NCBI GenBank assembly: GCA_965224245.1
Contig: OZ245046.1
Span: 4,800,001-4,864,000, forward strand
Origin: Candidatus Eiseniibacteriota bacterium
GTDB lineage: Bacteria; Eisenbacteria; RBG-16-71-46; CAZAMP01
Length of the DNA: 64,000 nucleotides
Reading direction: 5' to 3'
The notes below the pieces were generated by a model. It did no database searches and was not told the origin of the DNA. It saw nothing but the letters and a program-made list of their open reading frames with translations. Shown piece by piece: positions 10,237-20,490 of this stretch. Both the position numbers and the translations under genes were made by a program. The stretch's first letter is position 1; each line of letters starts with the position of its first letter.

Positions 10237-11004
10237 ATGAACTTTTCCGCTGCATTACCGGCGGCGGCCATCGCGCTGGTGGTGACTCACGGACCCGCGC
10301 TGGCAAGCGGCACGCTGACGATTCCAGGCTGGTACGACGGCTACTCCGCGGTGTCCGTCTCGCTCGACGTCGACGGCGCGAGCCACAGCAACGTGTTGCT
10401 GGGACCCTTCCGCGCCACGTTCACCCCGACCGGCGGCGTCGCGGAGACCGTCGAGGGCCCCCTCTACTGCCTCGACATCTACCACTCCTTCAGCTGGGGA
10501 CAGACCTGGGACGTGACCTGCTACACGATCCCACCCGACACGCCGCCGGCGCCGCCGTACAACGTCGAGCACGCGGCGTACATCTACAACAGATTCGGCT
10601 ACGACTACGGGACGAACGCGAACGCCCGCGCCGTTCAGCTCGCGATGTGGGAGGTCTCCCACGAGGGCGAGACCGGCGGCGTCGCAGACTGGATCGCTCA
10701 GTTCGACGCCGGCACGTCGTGGACCACCGGCACGTTCAAGGGTTCGGGCTCGACCTTCGACACGATCGCGACGAGGGCCAACGACTACCTGGCGGACCTC
10801 CGCGCACACCTCGCGGCCGTCGAGGGCGGAGGGACCTTCGACCAGGGCCAGGCCGTCGTGTACTACGAGCCCTACGACGGGCAGCCCGGTCAGGGCCAGA
10901 TGGGACGCGCACGGGTACCCGAGCCCGGGGTTCTGCTGGTCCTCGGAACCACCGCGTCACTCTTCTGTGGCGCGCAGCTGCGCCGCCGGCGGCGGACCGG
11001 ATAG
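10237..11004 (+). CDS. PEP-CTERM sorting domain protein
   Basis: Signal peptide; YCLDI and VQLAMWE motifs; C-terminus VPEPGVLLVLGTTASLFCGAQLRRRRRTG. Confidence 0.9.
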   Translation: MNFSAALPAAAIALVVTHGPALASGTLTIPGWYDGYSAVSVSLDVDGASHSNVLLGPFRATFTPTGGVAETVEGPLYCLDIYHSFSWGQTWDVTCYTIPPDTPPAPPYNVEHAAYIYNRFGYDYGTNANARAVQLAMWEVSHEGETGGVADWIAQFDAGTSWTTGTFKGSGSTFDTIATRANDYLADLRAHLAAVEGGGTFDQGQAVVYYEPYDGQPGQGQMGRARVPEPGVLLVLGTTASLFCGAQLRRRRRTG

Positions 11005-11031
11005 GCGGCGCGTCACGATCGTTCCTCATCA

Positions 11032-11064
11032 CGGAGCGGGGTCGCACGAGCGGCTCCGCTCTTT
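11032..11064 (+). terminator. Putative intrinsic terminator
   Basis: GAGCGGGGTCG...CGGCTCCGCTC stem (with G-U pairs) followed by TTT. Confidence 0.5.
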
Positions 11065-11232
11065 GCTCGTCACCACCCATCCGCGCCCGTCGCTCATCGT
11101 CACACCCAGCACGTCGGGAGTGCGTCGACTCACCACCTGGACGTGCCCCTCCGTAGCTCGATCCGAGGGCCCTGCGGTATAGTCGCGGACTCCGGCCGCC
11201 GATCACCCGTTCCCATCCAGCGGGAAACGACC

Positions 11233-12102
11233 ATGAGAGTGCTGTCCGTGCTCGACACCGAGAACCAGGCACGTGGGATCACCAGGACGTTGCTCTCCGT
11301 CACGGCGCTCGTGGCGGTGCTCGTCGCGACGTACCTGCACACGCTCACCGAGTGGGTCCGTGACTGGATCCGGGACGAGAACTACAACCACGGGTTCCTC
11401 ATCGCGCTCATCTCCGGCTACCTCGTCTGGAGTCAGCGTGCCGGGCTGAGGACGTTGCCCCGGCGCCCTTCCTGGATTGGCGCGATCACGCTGGTCGTGT
11501 CCTGCGGCCTGTTTCTCCTGGGAACGGCCGGGGCCGAGGTCTTCACGCAGCGCATGAGCTTTCTCGGCGCTCTCGGCTCACTGGTGCTCCTGCTGGGCGG
11601 CTGGCGACACCTCCGGGCAACGGCGTTCCCGATCGCGCTCCTCGTCCTCGCGATCCCGTTGCCGTACGTCCTGTACTACGGCATGACGGCACCGATGCAG
11701 GCCTTCGCGGCTCGGTGCGCCCTCCTGGGCCTCGACCTCGTGGGGATCCCGGCGGCGATCCAGGGCAACGTGATCTACCTGAACCAGGCCACGCTCGAGG
11801 TCGCGCACGCGTGCTCCGGCATCCGGTCGCTGTACTCGTTTCTGGCCATCGGCGCGCTGGCGGCGCGCTTCACGCCCGCGCCGATCTGGACGCGCGTGCT
11901 ACTGTTCCTGCTCGCGATCCCGCTCAGCATTCTCGGCAACGCGATTCGCGTGTGGGGCACGGGCATCGGTGTTCACATGTTCGGCCTGGGGGTTGCCGAG
12001 GGCGCCGTGCACGAGGTGTTCGGCATCGTCACCATCGTGCTGGGGCTGGGCTTCTTCTTTCTCGTTCGCTTCGCGCTGAGGCAGCGATGGTCATCCGGCT
12101 GA
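11233..12102 (+). CDS. Exosortase (EpsH/Xrt family)
   Basis: DENYNHGFLI, LEVAHACSGIRSL (catalytic Cys), NAIRV (Arg), HEVFG (His); multi-TM. Confidence 0.93.
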   Translation: MRVLSVLDTENQARGITRTLLSVTALVAVLVATYLHTLTEWVRDWIRDENYNHGFLIALISGYLVWSQRAGLRTLPRRPSWIGAITLVVSCGLFLLGTAGAEVFTQRMSFLGALGSLVLLLGGWRHLRATAFPIALLVLAIPLPYVLYYGMTAPMQAFAARCALLGLDLVGIPAAIQGNVIYLNQATLEVAHACSGIRSLYSFLAIGALAARFTPAPIWTRVLLFLLAIPLSILGNAIRVWGTGIGVHMFGLGVAEGAVHEVFGIVTIVLGLGFFFLVRFALRQRWSSG

Positions 12103-12704
12103 TCCTCGCGATCGTCCTTCTGGCCGGCTCCGGGATGTACGCCCATCAGCTGCGGGGCGCGCGGACGCCCATCGGTGAGCTGCCCGCGCTGGGAGAGCTC
12201 CCGGCCGAGTTCGGATCGTGGTGGAGTGAGGACATCCCCATCAGCGACGTCGAGGTCCGGGTGCTTGCGGCCGACACGCTGATCAACCGTCGCTATCGCG
12301 ATCCGGCCGGCACCGTGGTCTGGCTGTTCGTGGCGTACTTCAAGGAGCAGTCCGTCAACTCCCAGATTCACTCGCCTCGGAACTGCCTCCCGGGCGCCGG
12401 GTGGCGGGTGGAATTCGTGGACACCCGCGACGTGGCCGTGGGTCCGGTGACGGCGCCGGTCACGTGCATGCGCATCGCGAACGACGAGCACCACGAGGAC
12501 GTCTTCTACTGGTTCCGCACGAGATCGGGGTGGATCGCCGGCGAGTATCGGCTCAAGTGGGATCTGATGATGAACGCCATCGCCCGGCGGCCGACGGACG
12601 CGCTGTTCGTACGGGTCATCTCGAGCCGGCCCGAGTCCGCCCTGGCGCTGATGTCCGAGATCCAGCCGCCGCTCGATCGCATCCTGGCCGAGGTGGGCCT
12701 GTGA
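12087..12704 (+). CDS. epsI: EpsI family exosortase-associated protein
   Basis: N-terminal TM; RRYRD, VWLFVAYF, IHSPRNCLPGAGW, VFYWF, RRPTDALFVRV. Confidence 0.88.
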   Translation: MVIRLILAIVLLAGSGMYAHQLRGARTPIGELPALGELPAEFGSWWSEDIPISDVEVRVLAADTLINRRYRDPAGTVVWLFVAYFKEQSVNSQIHSPRNCLPGAGWRVEFVDTRDVAVGPVTAPVTCMRIANDEHHEDVFYWFRTRSGWIAGEYRLKWDLMMNAIARRPTDALFVRVISSRPESALALMSEIQPPLDRILAEVGL

Positions 12705-13630
12705 CGGCCCCGGAGGCGATTTCACGCGCGGCGCTCTCGGTCGACGTCGAGGACTACTTCCAGGTCGAGGTGATGCGCGAGCTCTGTCCGCGTAGTGCCT
12801 GGGATCGGTTCGAGGACCGCACGGTCGCAAACACCGAACGTCTCCTTCGGATCGCCGCCGAGCGAGGCGCACGGGCGACGTTCTTCGTTCTCGGGTGGTG
12901 CGCGGAACGACACCCCGACCTCGTGCGACGGATCGCGAGCGAGGGTCACGAGATCGCCTCTCACGGCTACGATCACGAGCTCATCTACAACCAGACTCCG
13001 GACGAGTTCCGGGAGGACGTCCGGCGGGCGAAGCGGCTTCTGGAGGATCTCGCCGGCCGCGAGGTCGTCGGATACCGCGCGCCGTCCTACACGATCGTCG
13101 AGCGCACGCGGTGGGCGCTGCCCATCCTCGTCGAGGAAGGCTATCGGTACGACAGCAGCATCTTCCCGATTCGACGCCGGCGCTACGGCTGGCCGGACGC
13201 GCCGAGCCTCCCCCACCGCATCCAGGTGGCGGACGGGCGGTTCATCGCCGAGTTCCCGATGCCCACCCTGCGGGTGGGTCCGATCCGGCTGCCGACGACC
13301 GGAGGGGCATATCTCCGACTCCTGCCGTTCTCGTTTCAGAAGTGGTGGGTACGCGATGCCGTGAAGAGGGCGAGGCCGTTCGTGATGAACATCCATCCCT
13401 GGGAGATCGATCCCGGGCAGCCACGACTCCCGGTGGGGCGTCGTATCCGGGTGACGCACTACCACGGACAGGCCCATGCGGCGCGAAGGCTCTCTGCGCT
13501 GCTGGCGCTGGGGGCCTATCGCTCCGTCGCGGACGTCCTCCAGGCCATGGGCCTCATGGAGGGCACGGGCGATTCCCGGACCCCCGACTCCACCGACTTC
13601 TCGGCGGGCCGGGACGGCGTCGCACGCTGA
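12701..13630 (+). CDS. XrtA-system polysaccharide deacetylase (DUF3473-associated)
   Basis: LSVDVEDYFQV, ATFFVLGW, GHEIASHG, GYRAPS, YDSSIFP, HPWEID; GTG start overlaps the epsI stop. Confidence 0.9.
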   Translation: MTAPEAISRAALSVDVEDYFQVEVMRELCPRSAWDRFEDRTVANTERLLRIAAERGARATFFVLGWCAERHPDLVRRIASEGHEIASHGYDHELIYNQTPDEFREDVRRAKRLLEDLAGREVVGYRAPSYTIVERTRWALPILVEEGYRYDSSIFPIRRRRYGWPDAPSLPHRIQVADGRFIAEFPMPTLRVGPIRLPTTGGAYLRLLPFSFQKWWVRDAVKRARPFVMNIHPWEIDPGQPRLPVGRRIRVTHYHGQAHAARRLSALLALGAYRSVADVLQAMGLMEGTGDSRTPDSTDFSAGRDGVAR

Positions 13631-13658
13631 CCCGACCGTCACCGGCGGGCATGAAGAA

Positions 13659-13686
13659 GCCCCCTCATCCCACCGGATGAGGGGGC
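13659..13686 (-). terminator. Intrinsic terminator between convergent genes
   Basis: Perfect 12-bp stem GCCCCCTCATCC-CACC-GGATGAGGGGGC, followed by TTCTTC on the minus strand. Confidence 0.7.
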
Positions 13687-13723
13687 CGCCATCGGATCGA
13701 ACGAGACGCTACCGCGGCGATCG

Positions 13724-14397
13724 CTACGCGATGGGCGTCCTCCGGAACCGCGCCAGGCCCGCGCCGATGCCGAAGAGGCCGAGCACGAGCATCGTGGCCG
13801 GCTCGGGGATCGCGCGCATGCCGTCGGTCGCGTATCCGGTCACGCCGGTGTTCGTGCCGTCCTCGTTCGCGACGAAGATGTGGGCCGCCACGTACTGATC
13901 CTTATCGTTCAGGGCCAGGATGTCGGCGTCCGAGGACCAGGCGCCGGAGGTCCGGGTCAGGTTGAACGTGATGTCGGCGACGCAGTACGAGAAGCCATCG
14001 AAGTTGTTCCACCGCGTGTTGAACGTGCCCCAGCCGTCGACGACCCCGGATCCACCGGACACCGGATAGCCGGCTGCGAGGGACGCCCACGGGGCGGCCG
14101 TGGCGGTCGACAGCGCCGAGCTCACGTTCCCCGCGTCGGCGAGGTTGTAGGCGACCATCGAGCCGTCCCCGAAGCCGTACCGGAAGCCGCCGATCGGCCC
14201 CAGGTTGGAGATGAATCGGATGGTTGCCGTCGTCGGGCTCAGATACGTCACCTCGACGCTGCCGAACGGCGCCGGCTTGTCGGCTATCGACGTATTGCCC
14301 AGTCCCAGCTCGAGCGTGAGAGCCGATGCGGGTCCACTGACGCCCGCCAGCAGGACGGCTCCCAGCAACGCAGCCACCGTTGTCTTGATCCGTGTCA
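13724..14397 (-). CDS. PEP-CTERM sorting domain protein
   Basis: Likely GTG start near 14397 (VTRIKTTVAALLGAVLLAG signal peptide); C-terminus IPEPATMLVLGLFGIGAGLARFRR. Confidence 0.9.
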
Positions 14398-14500
14398 CGT
14401 CGGGTCTCCCTTCACAGAACCAAGATGCCGGCACAGCGCGTCGTCTTCGTGCCGACCCTCTTTGGTGATCAGCTGTCTCTCGTTTCAGCCATCTCTCTTC

Positions 14501-14516
14501 AGCAAGCTTCGTTCCA
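14501..14516 (-). promoter_or_regulatory. Sigma-54 (-24/-12) promoter of PEP-CTERM gene 2
   Basis: Minus strand TGGAACGAAGCTTGCT, near-consensus TGGCACG-N4-TTGC, about 105 nt upstream of the start. Confidence 0.75.
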
Positions 14517-14976
14517 TCTCGGCCGCCGGGATGCCGGGATCGGACGGGGAATCTGTCAAGTCATTCAAGGGAGACTACATAGAGCGGCAGCCGCGCCGCC
14601 GAGTCACGCACGACGGCGGACCCGTGGGCGCCGACCGGCGGTCGGCTCGGGTGCGTGGTGTCTGCTCCACCCGATGGTTCTCGTTCCCCTGGACTTCGGC
14701 CGGGACAGGCCCGCCCGCAACACATTTCAGAAAATGAAGTTAGATCGATGGAGGCCCCGCGCCGCATCGTGTCAGGCGAGGCTGACACCCCGCCGGGTGG
14801 CGTCGCGGTCGTGGTCGACGCGCCCCCGCGCGCGACAAACGACCGGGGCGGTCGCCGGTCGCTCGAGGTCCGCGGCGCGACCTTTGTTCCCCCGTCACGA
14901 CATCTCGTACACTCACCCTTGCGAACGTCGGGTCGAAACGCTCTCCATTCCGCATCACGACAAAGGAATGCAATCC

Positions 14977-17610
14977 ATGTTCCGTCACCTCGCCGGCTCG
15001 TTCCTGGGCCTGATCGTCGTTCTGGCCGCCCTCTGGGCCCTCGGACACCGTGCTGATCTCCTCGGCCCGACCGGCGAGCCCGCGGGCACCCTTGCCGAGG
15101 CGAAGACCTGGCGCACCTGGCGGCCCGGCGAGCGTCTCTCCCGGGAGCCCGCCGGGAAGATCCCCGGCGACTGGTTCACCGCGCAGCGCGCCTATCCCGC
15201 CACCGACCTGCCGGCGGCCACGGTTCGTGCCGCAATGCGCGACGCGCTCACGTTCGATGCGCTCCACCGCGCCGGCGGAGCCGGCGTGTGGACACCGGCC
15301 GGGCCCACCAACGTCGGCGGACGGATCACCGACGTCGAGGCCGACCCTGCCGACCCCAGCACGATCTACGCGGGAAGCGCGGCCGGCGGCGTGTTCAAGT
15401 CCACGGACGGAGGGGTGGACTGGACCGCGATCTTCGACGACCAGCCCTTCGGGGCGATCGGCGCCATCGCTCTCGATCCGAGCGACGCGAGCACGATCTA
15501 CGTGGGCACCGGCGAGGCCAACGCGGCCGGCGACACGTACTCGGGGGACGGCGTCTACAAGTCCACCGACGCCGGCACCTCCTGGCAGCACATCGGCCTC
15601 GAGGCCACGGCGAAGATCGCAGACATCGAGATCGATCCCACCGACCCCCAGCGCGTCTTCGTGGCGGCGATGGGCCGGCTCTTCTCGACGAACGTCGAGC
15701 GCGGGCTGTACCGTTCCGAGGACGGCGGCGCCTCGTGGACGAACGTTCTCTTCGTCGACGACTCGACCGGCGTGGTGGACGTCGCCATCCATCCCACCGA
15801 CCCGGACGTCGTCTACGCCGCCTCGTGGACGCGCATCCGCAAGCCGCAGTACCGGCTGTCGGGCGGACTGGGCAGCGGCATCCACAAGTCGACCGACGGC
15901 GGCGACACGTGGACGCGCCTGGGCGCGGCCGAGGGCCTGCCCGCGCAATCCAGCACGATCGGCCGGATCGGTCTGGCGATCGCCGAGTCCTCGCCGAGCA
16001 CGGTCTACGCGTACTACTGCGACCACCCCGGGTACTTCCTCGGCGTCTACAAGACGACGAACGGCGGCGCGAGCTGGTCGCGCGTGAACGACGGCGCGAT
16101 CGACGACGTGACGTCGTCCTTCGGCTGGTACTTCGGTCAGATCCGCGTCGCGCCGAGCGACGCCGATCGGGTCTGGGTGCTGGGCGTTCCGCTCTACCAC
16201 TCCAGCAACGGCGGCGGATCGTGGGACGATCTCGATTCGGGCGTCCACGTGGATCATCACGCGCTCTGGATCAACCCCACCAACCCGAACCAGATCTACT
16301 CCGGCAACGACGGGGGCTTCTATCGCACCACGAACGGCGGCCTGTCGTGGACCAAGTCCGGCAATCTGCCGGTCACGCAGTTCTATGCGATCACCGTGGA
16401 TCCCACGAATCCCGAGCGGCTCTACGGCGGCACGCAGGACAACAGCACGCCCCGCACGCTCGACGGCGCACCCGACGGCTGGGACGTGATCTACTACGGA
16501 GACGGCTTCTACACGCTCGTCGACCCGACCGACCCCAACACGATCTACGCCGAGTACCAGTACGGGGGACTCGGCAAGTCGACGAACCTCGGGAGCAGCT
16601 GGAGCGACGCGACCGGCGGCATCAGCGGCAGCGACCGGCGCAACTGGTCGACGCCCGTCGTGATGGATCCCGACGATCACAACACGCTCTACTACGGGAC
16701 GTACCGCGTATACCGGACCACGAACGGCGCGAGCAGCTGGTCGTCCATCTCGGGCGACCTGACCAACGGCGACGATCCGGGGAGCCTCGTGTTCGGCACG
16801 ATCACCACGATCGACGTCGCCCGCACCGACCCGCAGACGATCATGGCCGGAACCGACGACGGCAACGTGTGGATCACGTTCGACGGGGGCTCGTCGTGGA
16901 ACCGGGTCTCCGATACCCTCCCCGATCGATGGGTCACCCGCGTGACGATCGATCCCACGAACGACCAGATCGCCTACGTCACGCTGTCGGGCTACAAGAA
17001 CGACGAGTACGTACCGTACGTCTTTCGCACCGGGAACGGGGGGCTGAGCTGGACCGACATCACGTCCAACCTGCCGCCGGTGCCCATGAACGACATCCTC
17101 GTGGACCCGGAGGACCCCACTCGGCTCTATCTCGCCGGCGACAGCGGTGTGTACTGGTCGGCGACCACCGGAGCATCGTGGGCCCCCCTGGGTTCGAACC
17201 TGCCCCCGGTGCCGGTGTACGACCTCCATCTCGACGACGGCTCGCGCACGCTCGTCGCGGGCACGCACGGCCGTTCGATGTCGACGTTCGATCTCGATCA
17301 GATCGTGGTGGGCGTGCCGACCGCACCGGGCGTTCCGGCCCTCACCGTGCGTGCGGCACCGAACCCCTTCGCCACGCACACGACGCTGTCGGTGTCGCTC
17401 GATGCGGGGGGTCCGGTCGTGGTGGAGATCTTCGACGCCCGAGGCCGCCTCGTGCGACGCCTCGCCGATCGTGTCGTGACCGCGGGCGAGGCTCGCTTCA
17501 CCTGGGACGGCCACGACGAGCGCGGCGTCGAGCTGGCGGCGGGCACGTACTTCCATCGCGTGCACACGGCATCCGGTGTCGGCGTCGGAAAGCTGTTGCG
17601 GCGCCGGTAG
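14977..17610 (+). CDS. Secreted BNR/Asp-box beta-propeller protein (VPS10/GH74-like) with C-terminal FlgD-Ig-like domain
   Basis: Many KSTDGGxxW repeats, HVDHHALW, GGTQDN, GTHGRS; tail APNPF...IFDARGRLVR...WDG...AGTYF. Confidence 0.88.
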   Translation: MFRHLAGSFLGLIVVLAALWALGHRADLLGPTGEPAGTLAEAKTWRTWRPGERLSREPAGKIPGDWFTAQRAYPATDLPAATVRAAMRDALTFDALHRAGGAGVWTPAGPTNVGGRITDVEADPADPSTIYAGSAAGGVFKSTDGGVDWTAIFDDQPFGAIGAIALDPSDASTIYVGTGEANAAGDTYSGDGVYKSTDAGTSWQHIGLEATAKIADIEIDPTDPQRVFVAAMGRLFSTNVERGLYRSEDGGASWTNVLFVDDSTGVVDVAIHPTDPDVVYAASWTRIRKPQYRLSGGLGSGIHKSTDGGDTWTRLGAAEGLPAQSSTIGRIGLAIAESSPSTVYAYYCDHPGYFLGVYKTTNGGASWSRVNDGAIDDVTSSFGWYFGQIRVAPSDADRVWVLGVPLYHSSNGGGSWDDLDSGVHVDHHALWINPTNPNQIYSGNDGGFYRTTNGGLSWTKSGNLPVTQFYAITVDPTNPERLYGGTQDNSTPRTLDGAPDGWDVIYYGDGFYTLVDPTDPNTIYAEYQYGGLGKSTNLGSSWSDATGGISGSDRRNWSTPVVMDPDDHNTLYYGTYRVYRTTNGASSWSSISGDLTNGDDPGSLVFGTITTIDVARTDPQTIMAGTDDGNVWITFDGGSSWNRVSDTLPDRWVTRVTIDPTNDQIAYVTLSGYKNDEYVPYVFRTGNGGLSWTDITSNLPPVPMNDILVDPEDPTRLYLAGDSGVYWSATTGASWAPLGSNLPPVPVYDLHLDDGSRTLVAGTHGRSMSTFDLDQIVVGVPTAPGVPALTVRAAPNPFATHTTLSVSLDAGGPVVVEIFDARGRLVRRLADRVVTAGEARFTWDGHDERGVELAAGTYFHRVHTASGVGVGKLLRRR

Positions 17611-17634
17611 CCGAGACAGGGGGAGGCGTCACGC

Positions 17635-18402
17635 ATGTGGCTGGCGATCGGGTCGAGATCCGCGCGCGCGGCCCTCGTCTCGTGGTCGATCGTCGCACTC
17701 GCGCTGGCTCCCTGGAGCACCGCCCGAGCCCGAAGCGCGGTCCGCCTGAAGGACGCCGTGGACGGTGGCCGCGCCACGGTCGACACCGCCGCCGAGCTCG
17801 AGACGGACGACGAGGGTGAGGTCTGGTCGTTCGAAGCGGCGCTCCAGCTCGGCCTCAGTGACCGCTGGCAGCTCCTCGTCGAGGCCGTGCCGTTCACGGC
17901 GGAGTCCCCGGACGACGGCGACGGCGCCAGTGGGGTCGGCGACACCGACGTCTCGCTGTCGTGGGCGGCGTTCGGCGATGCGGAGGCCCTCGCGTCGCTC
18001 GCCGTGGCGGCGAGGATCAAGGTGCCGACGGCCCGCGATTCCGAGATCGGAACCCGACGTCCCGACTACTCCGGGCTCCTGATCATCACGAAGGTGATCG
18101 ATGAGCTCGAGCTCGATCTCGAGACCGAGTACGTCACGTTCGGCGCGCCCGACGGCGAGGACCGCCGCGATCAGCTCCTGTACACGTTCACGGTCGAGTA
18201 CGGTCTCATGGAGGACCTGGCCGTGTACGCCGAGCTGTTCGGGCAGAGCGCCCCCGCCGGTGACGAGTCCCGGTCCGACGCGGCCCTCGCGGGCGCCGAG
18301 ATGGACGTTCCCCTCGGCGATGCCGTGACGCCCTACGCGTCGCTGGAGCTCGACACCGACGGCGTGGCCACGTACCGCGCGGGAATCGAGTGGGACTGGT
18401 GA
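17635..18402 (+). CDS. Putative outer-membrane beta-barrel ('transporter'/meta-pathway channel-like)
   Basis: Signal peptide, SGVGD, KVPT motif, alternating strands, terminal aromatic GIEWDW. Confidence 0.65.
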   Translation: MWLAIGSRSARAALVSWSIVALALAPWSTARARSAVRLKDAVDGGRATVDTAAELETDDEGEVWSFEAALQLGLSDRWQLLVEAVPFTAESPDDGDGASGVGDTDVSLSWAAFGDAEALASLAVAARIKVPTARDSEIGTRRPDYSGLLIITKVIDELELDLETEYVTFGAPDGEDRRDQLLYTFTVEYGLMEDLAVYAELFGQSAPAGDESRSDAALAGAEMDVPLGDAVTPYASLELDTDGVATYRAGIEWDW

Positions 18403-18451
18403 GTCGATGGCGCTCGGGCCGCGCCGGGTCGGGACTCCGCGGCCGAGGCGG

Positions 18452-19312
18452 CTAGATCTCGACCTCCCGGAACGACACCTCCCCGTTCGCGGCCACCACG
18501 ACGAGCGAGCTGGGCGCCACCTTGGACCAGCCCTCGTCGTCGCTGAGTCGCTCCGACGCGATGATGGTGGCGCCGTGCGCCTCCTCGGCGTCCAGCATGC
18601 GACACACGCCGCCCTCGCACACGTAGCGACGCCCGGTGTGCACGTACAAGCTGTTGGCGGTGTGATCCACGTCCGACACGAAACGGCTGGCGACCGCGCA
18701 CTCGCCGTCGGTCACCGCGAGGTTCAGGTAGCTCGGCTCGCGATAGCCGGCGGCGTGGGCGAGCGCGACGACGTCGCCGATCGTCATGGCGAGAGCGTTG
18801 GCCATGCGATCGTGCGCGGGTAGCGCGTCGTCTTCCGCGTTCAGCCGGTCGATGAAGCGTCCGAACACCGCCTCGGAGTCGGTGTTCCCGTTGATGGCGT
18901 CGAAGGCCTCGTCCGACAGCATCCGCAGGAGATCGCGTCGAATCGCGCGAAACCCGGCCACGTGGCCGTTGTGCATGAACGCGTAGTGTCGCCACGCGAA
19001 CGGGTGGCAGTTCAGGAGCGTGACCGGAAGCCCCGGCGTCGCGGCGCGCACGTGGCCGAGGATGCAGCGACTCGTGGTCACGCGGGCCACGTTGAAGAGG
19101 TTCTGGTTGCTCCAGGCGGGGGACACCTCGCGCACGATGGCCGGATGCCGGTCCACCGCCGGCACATACCAGGCCACGCCGAAGCCGTCGCCGTTCAGCG
19201 GCTCGTCGCGCTCCTTGCTGTCGTAGCTCTGGCGGATGATCGAGTTCGTGGGCTCGGTGATCAGACTGCTGACGAGCAGCTCATTGCCCAGATAGAGAAC
19301 GAAGCGACACAT
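18452..19312 (-). CDS. Class II glutamine amidotransferase (EgtC/YafJ-like)
   Basis: N-terminal MCR, NGDGFGVAWY, HVRAAT, NCHPF, HNG, TDSE, IASERL. Confidence 0.9.
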   Translation of the reverse strand: MCRFVLYLGNELLVSSLITEPTNSIIRQSYDSKERDEPLNGDGFGVAWYVPAVDRHPAIVREVSPAWSNQNLFNVARVTTSRCILGHVRAATPGLPVTLLNCHPFAWRHYAFMHNGHVAGFRAIRRDLLRMLSDEAFDAINGNTDSEAVFGRFIDRLNAEDDALPAHDRMANALAMTIGDVVALAHAAGYREPSYLNLAVTDGECAVASRFVSDVDHTANSLYVHTGRRYVCEGGVCRMLDAEEAHGATIIASERLSDDEGWSKVAPSSLVVVAANGEVSFREVEI

Positions 19313-19473
19313 GGTCGCACCTCCCGCGACCCTTCCGGGGCCGCTCGTCCCGCCGGCAGCGGCGGGGATGGAACGCGCGCGGATCGGAGCCGGAGATCAT
19401 ACCGGAATCGCGTCGCCGGAATGACCCGAGCTCTCGAGCAGCCGCGCCTGCGGACGCGGCGTGAGACGACCCG

Positions 19474-20034
19474 TCACCCCGGTCGCGCCGGCGCCCTGGG
19501 CCCGATCTCGTCGGCCAGGATCGCCCAGCGCTCGTGGTCTCGCCACTCGCCGGCGATCTTCAGGTACGCCGGCGAGAAGCCCTCTCGGCGGAATCCGAGG
19601 CGCTCCACCAGCCGGATCGACCGCGTGTTCGACGGCTGGATGTTGGCCTCCACCCGGTGCAGCTTCAACGCCGAGAACGCGTGCAGCACGACCAGCGCGA
19701 GCCCCTCGGTCATGTACCCGCGCCCCTCGGTGTCGCCGAGTCCGTAGTAGCCGAGGTACGCGCTCTGAAACCCGCCGCGGACGATCTCGCTCAGATTGGC
19801 CACGCCGACGATGCCGGCGTCCTCGCGACGACACACCAGGTATCCCCGGCGACGGCTCGAGCGGAGCCCTCCCAGGTACCGGTGGAATGCCTCGGGCGTG
19901 TCGGGAGGATGCGCGAACGGATGAAGCCGCGAGCGGCTGGCCCGCGCCAGCGCCACGAACGCCGCCGTGTCGGACGCGCGCGGTCGACGGATGAAGACCA
20001 CGGTGCCGGACCGAATGGCCGCGACGCGCGCCAC
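19474..20034 (-). CDS. RimJ/RimL-type GNAT N-acetyltransferase
   Basis: FQSAYLGY, GRGYMTE, LHRVEANIQPSN, GFRREG, WRDHERWA. Confidence 0.9.
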   Translation of the reverse strand: MARVAAIRSGTVVFIRRPRASDTAAFVALARASRSRLHPFAHPPDTPEAFHRYLGGLRSSRRRGYLVCRREDAGIVGVANLSEIVRGGFQSAYLGYYGLGDTEGRGYMTEGLALVVLHAFSALKLHRVEANIQPSNTRSIRLVERLGFRREGFSPAYLKIAGEWRDHERWAILADEIGPRAPARPG

Positions 20035-20037
20035 GTG

Positions 20038-20487
20038 TCAGCCGCTCGCGCCGTTCATGCGGCGCCGCCGGCGGTCGGCATCCTCGGCCAGCGCCTTCAT
20101 CTCCTGGACCGCTGCCTCCAAGACCGGGGTGAGATCGTGATCGTCGGGCGTGTCGGGGTCCTTGGGCGTCATGTCGATCGTGAACGTCAGATCGAGCGAG
20201 CCCGGAGCATCCTCCGGCTCGGCCACGCGGTGCGTCACGTAGCCGATCAAATGCGGGTGGTCGAGAACCGTGTACGTGATCGTGTGCGTCGGGTCGTCGA
20301 CGACCACGCGCTCGGTCGTCTCCAGCGTCTTCGTGCGCACGCGCCGCAGGATGCGCCCGTCCTCACGCTCGAGCACCTCGCAGGCCTGGACCCCCGACGC
20401 GTCCGGGGTCTCGATCTTGGCCAGGAGCAGTCGCCAGAGGACGTCCAGCGACGACTGAACCCGCGCGGTCGCCTGTGCGTACGGCAT
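20038..20487 (-). CDS. SRPBCC/AtaL-like (DUF1857) protein
   Basis: LWRLLLAKIETP start, helix-grip pattern, C-terminal MKALAE helix. Confidence 0.65.
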   Translation of the reverse strand: MPYAQATARVQSSLDVLWRLLLAKIETPDASGVQACEVLEREDGRILRRVRTKTLETTERVVVDDPTHTITYTVLDHPHLIGYVTHRVAEPEDAPGSLDLTFTIDMTPKDPDTPDDHDLTPVLEAAVQEMKALAEDADRRRRRMNGASG

Positions 20488-20490
20488 CGT

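Noticed and set aside
18452-19312. Ergothioneine biosynthesis cluster
   Set aside because: EgtC-like gene stands alone; no egtB or egtD in the window
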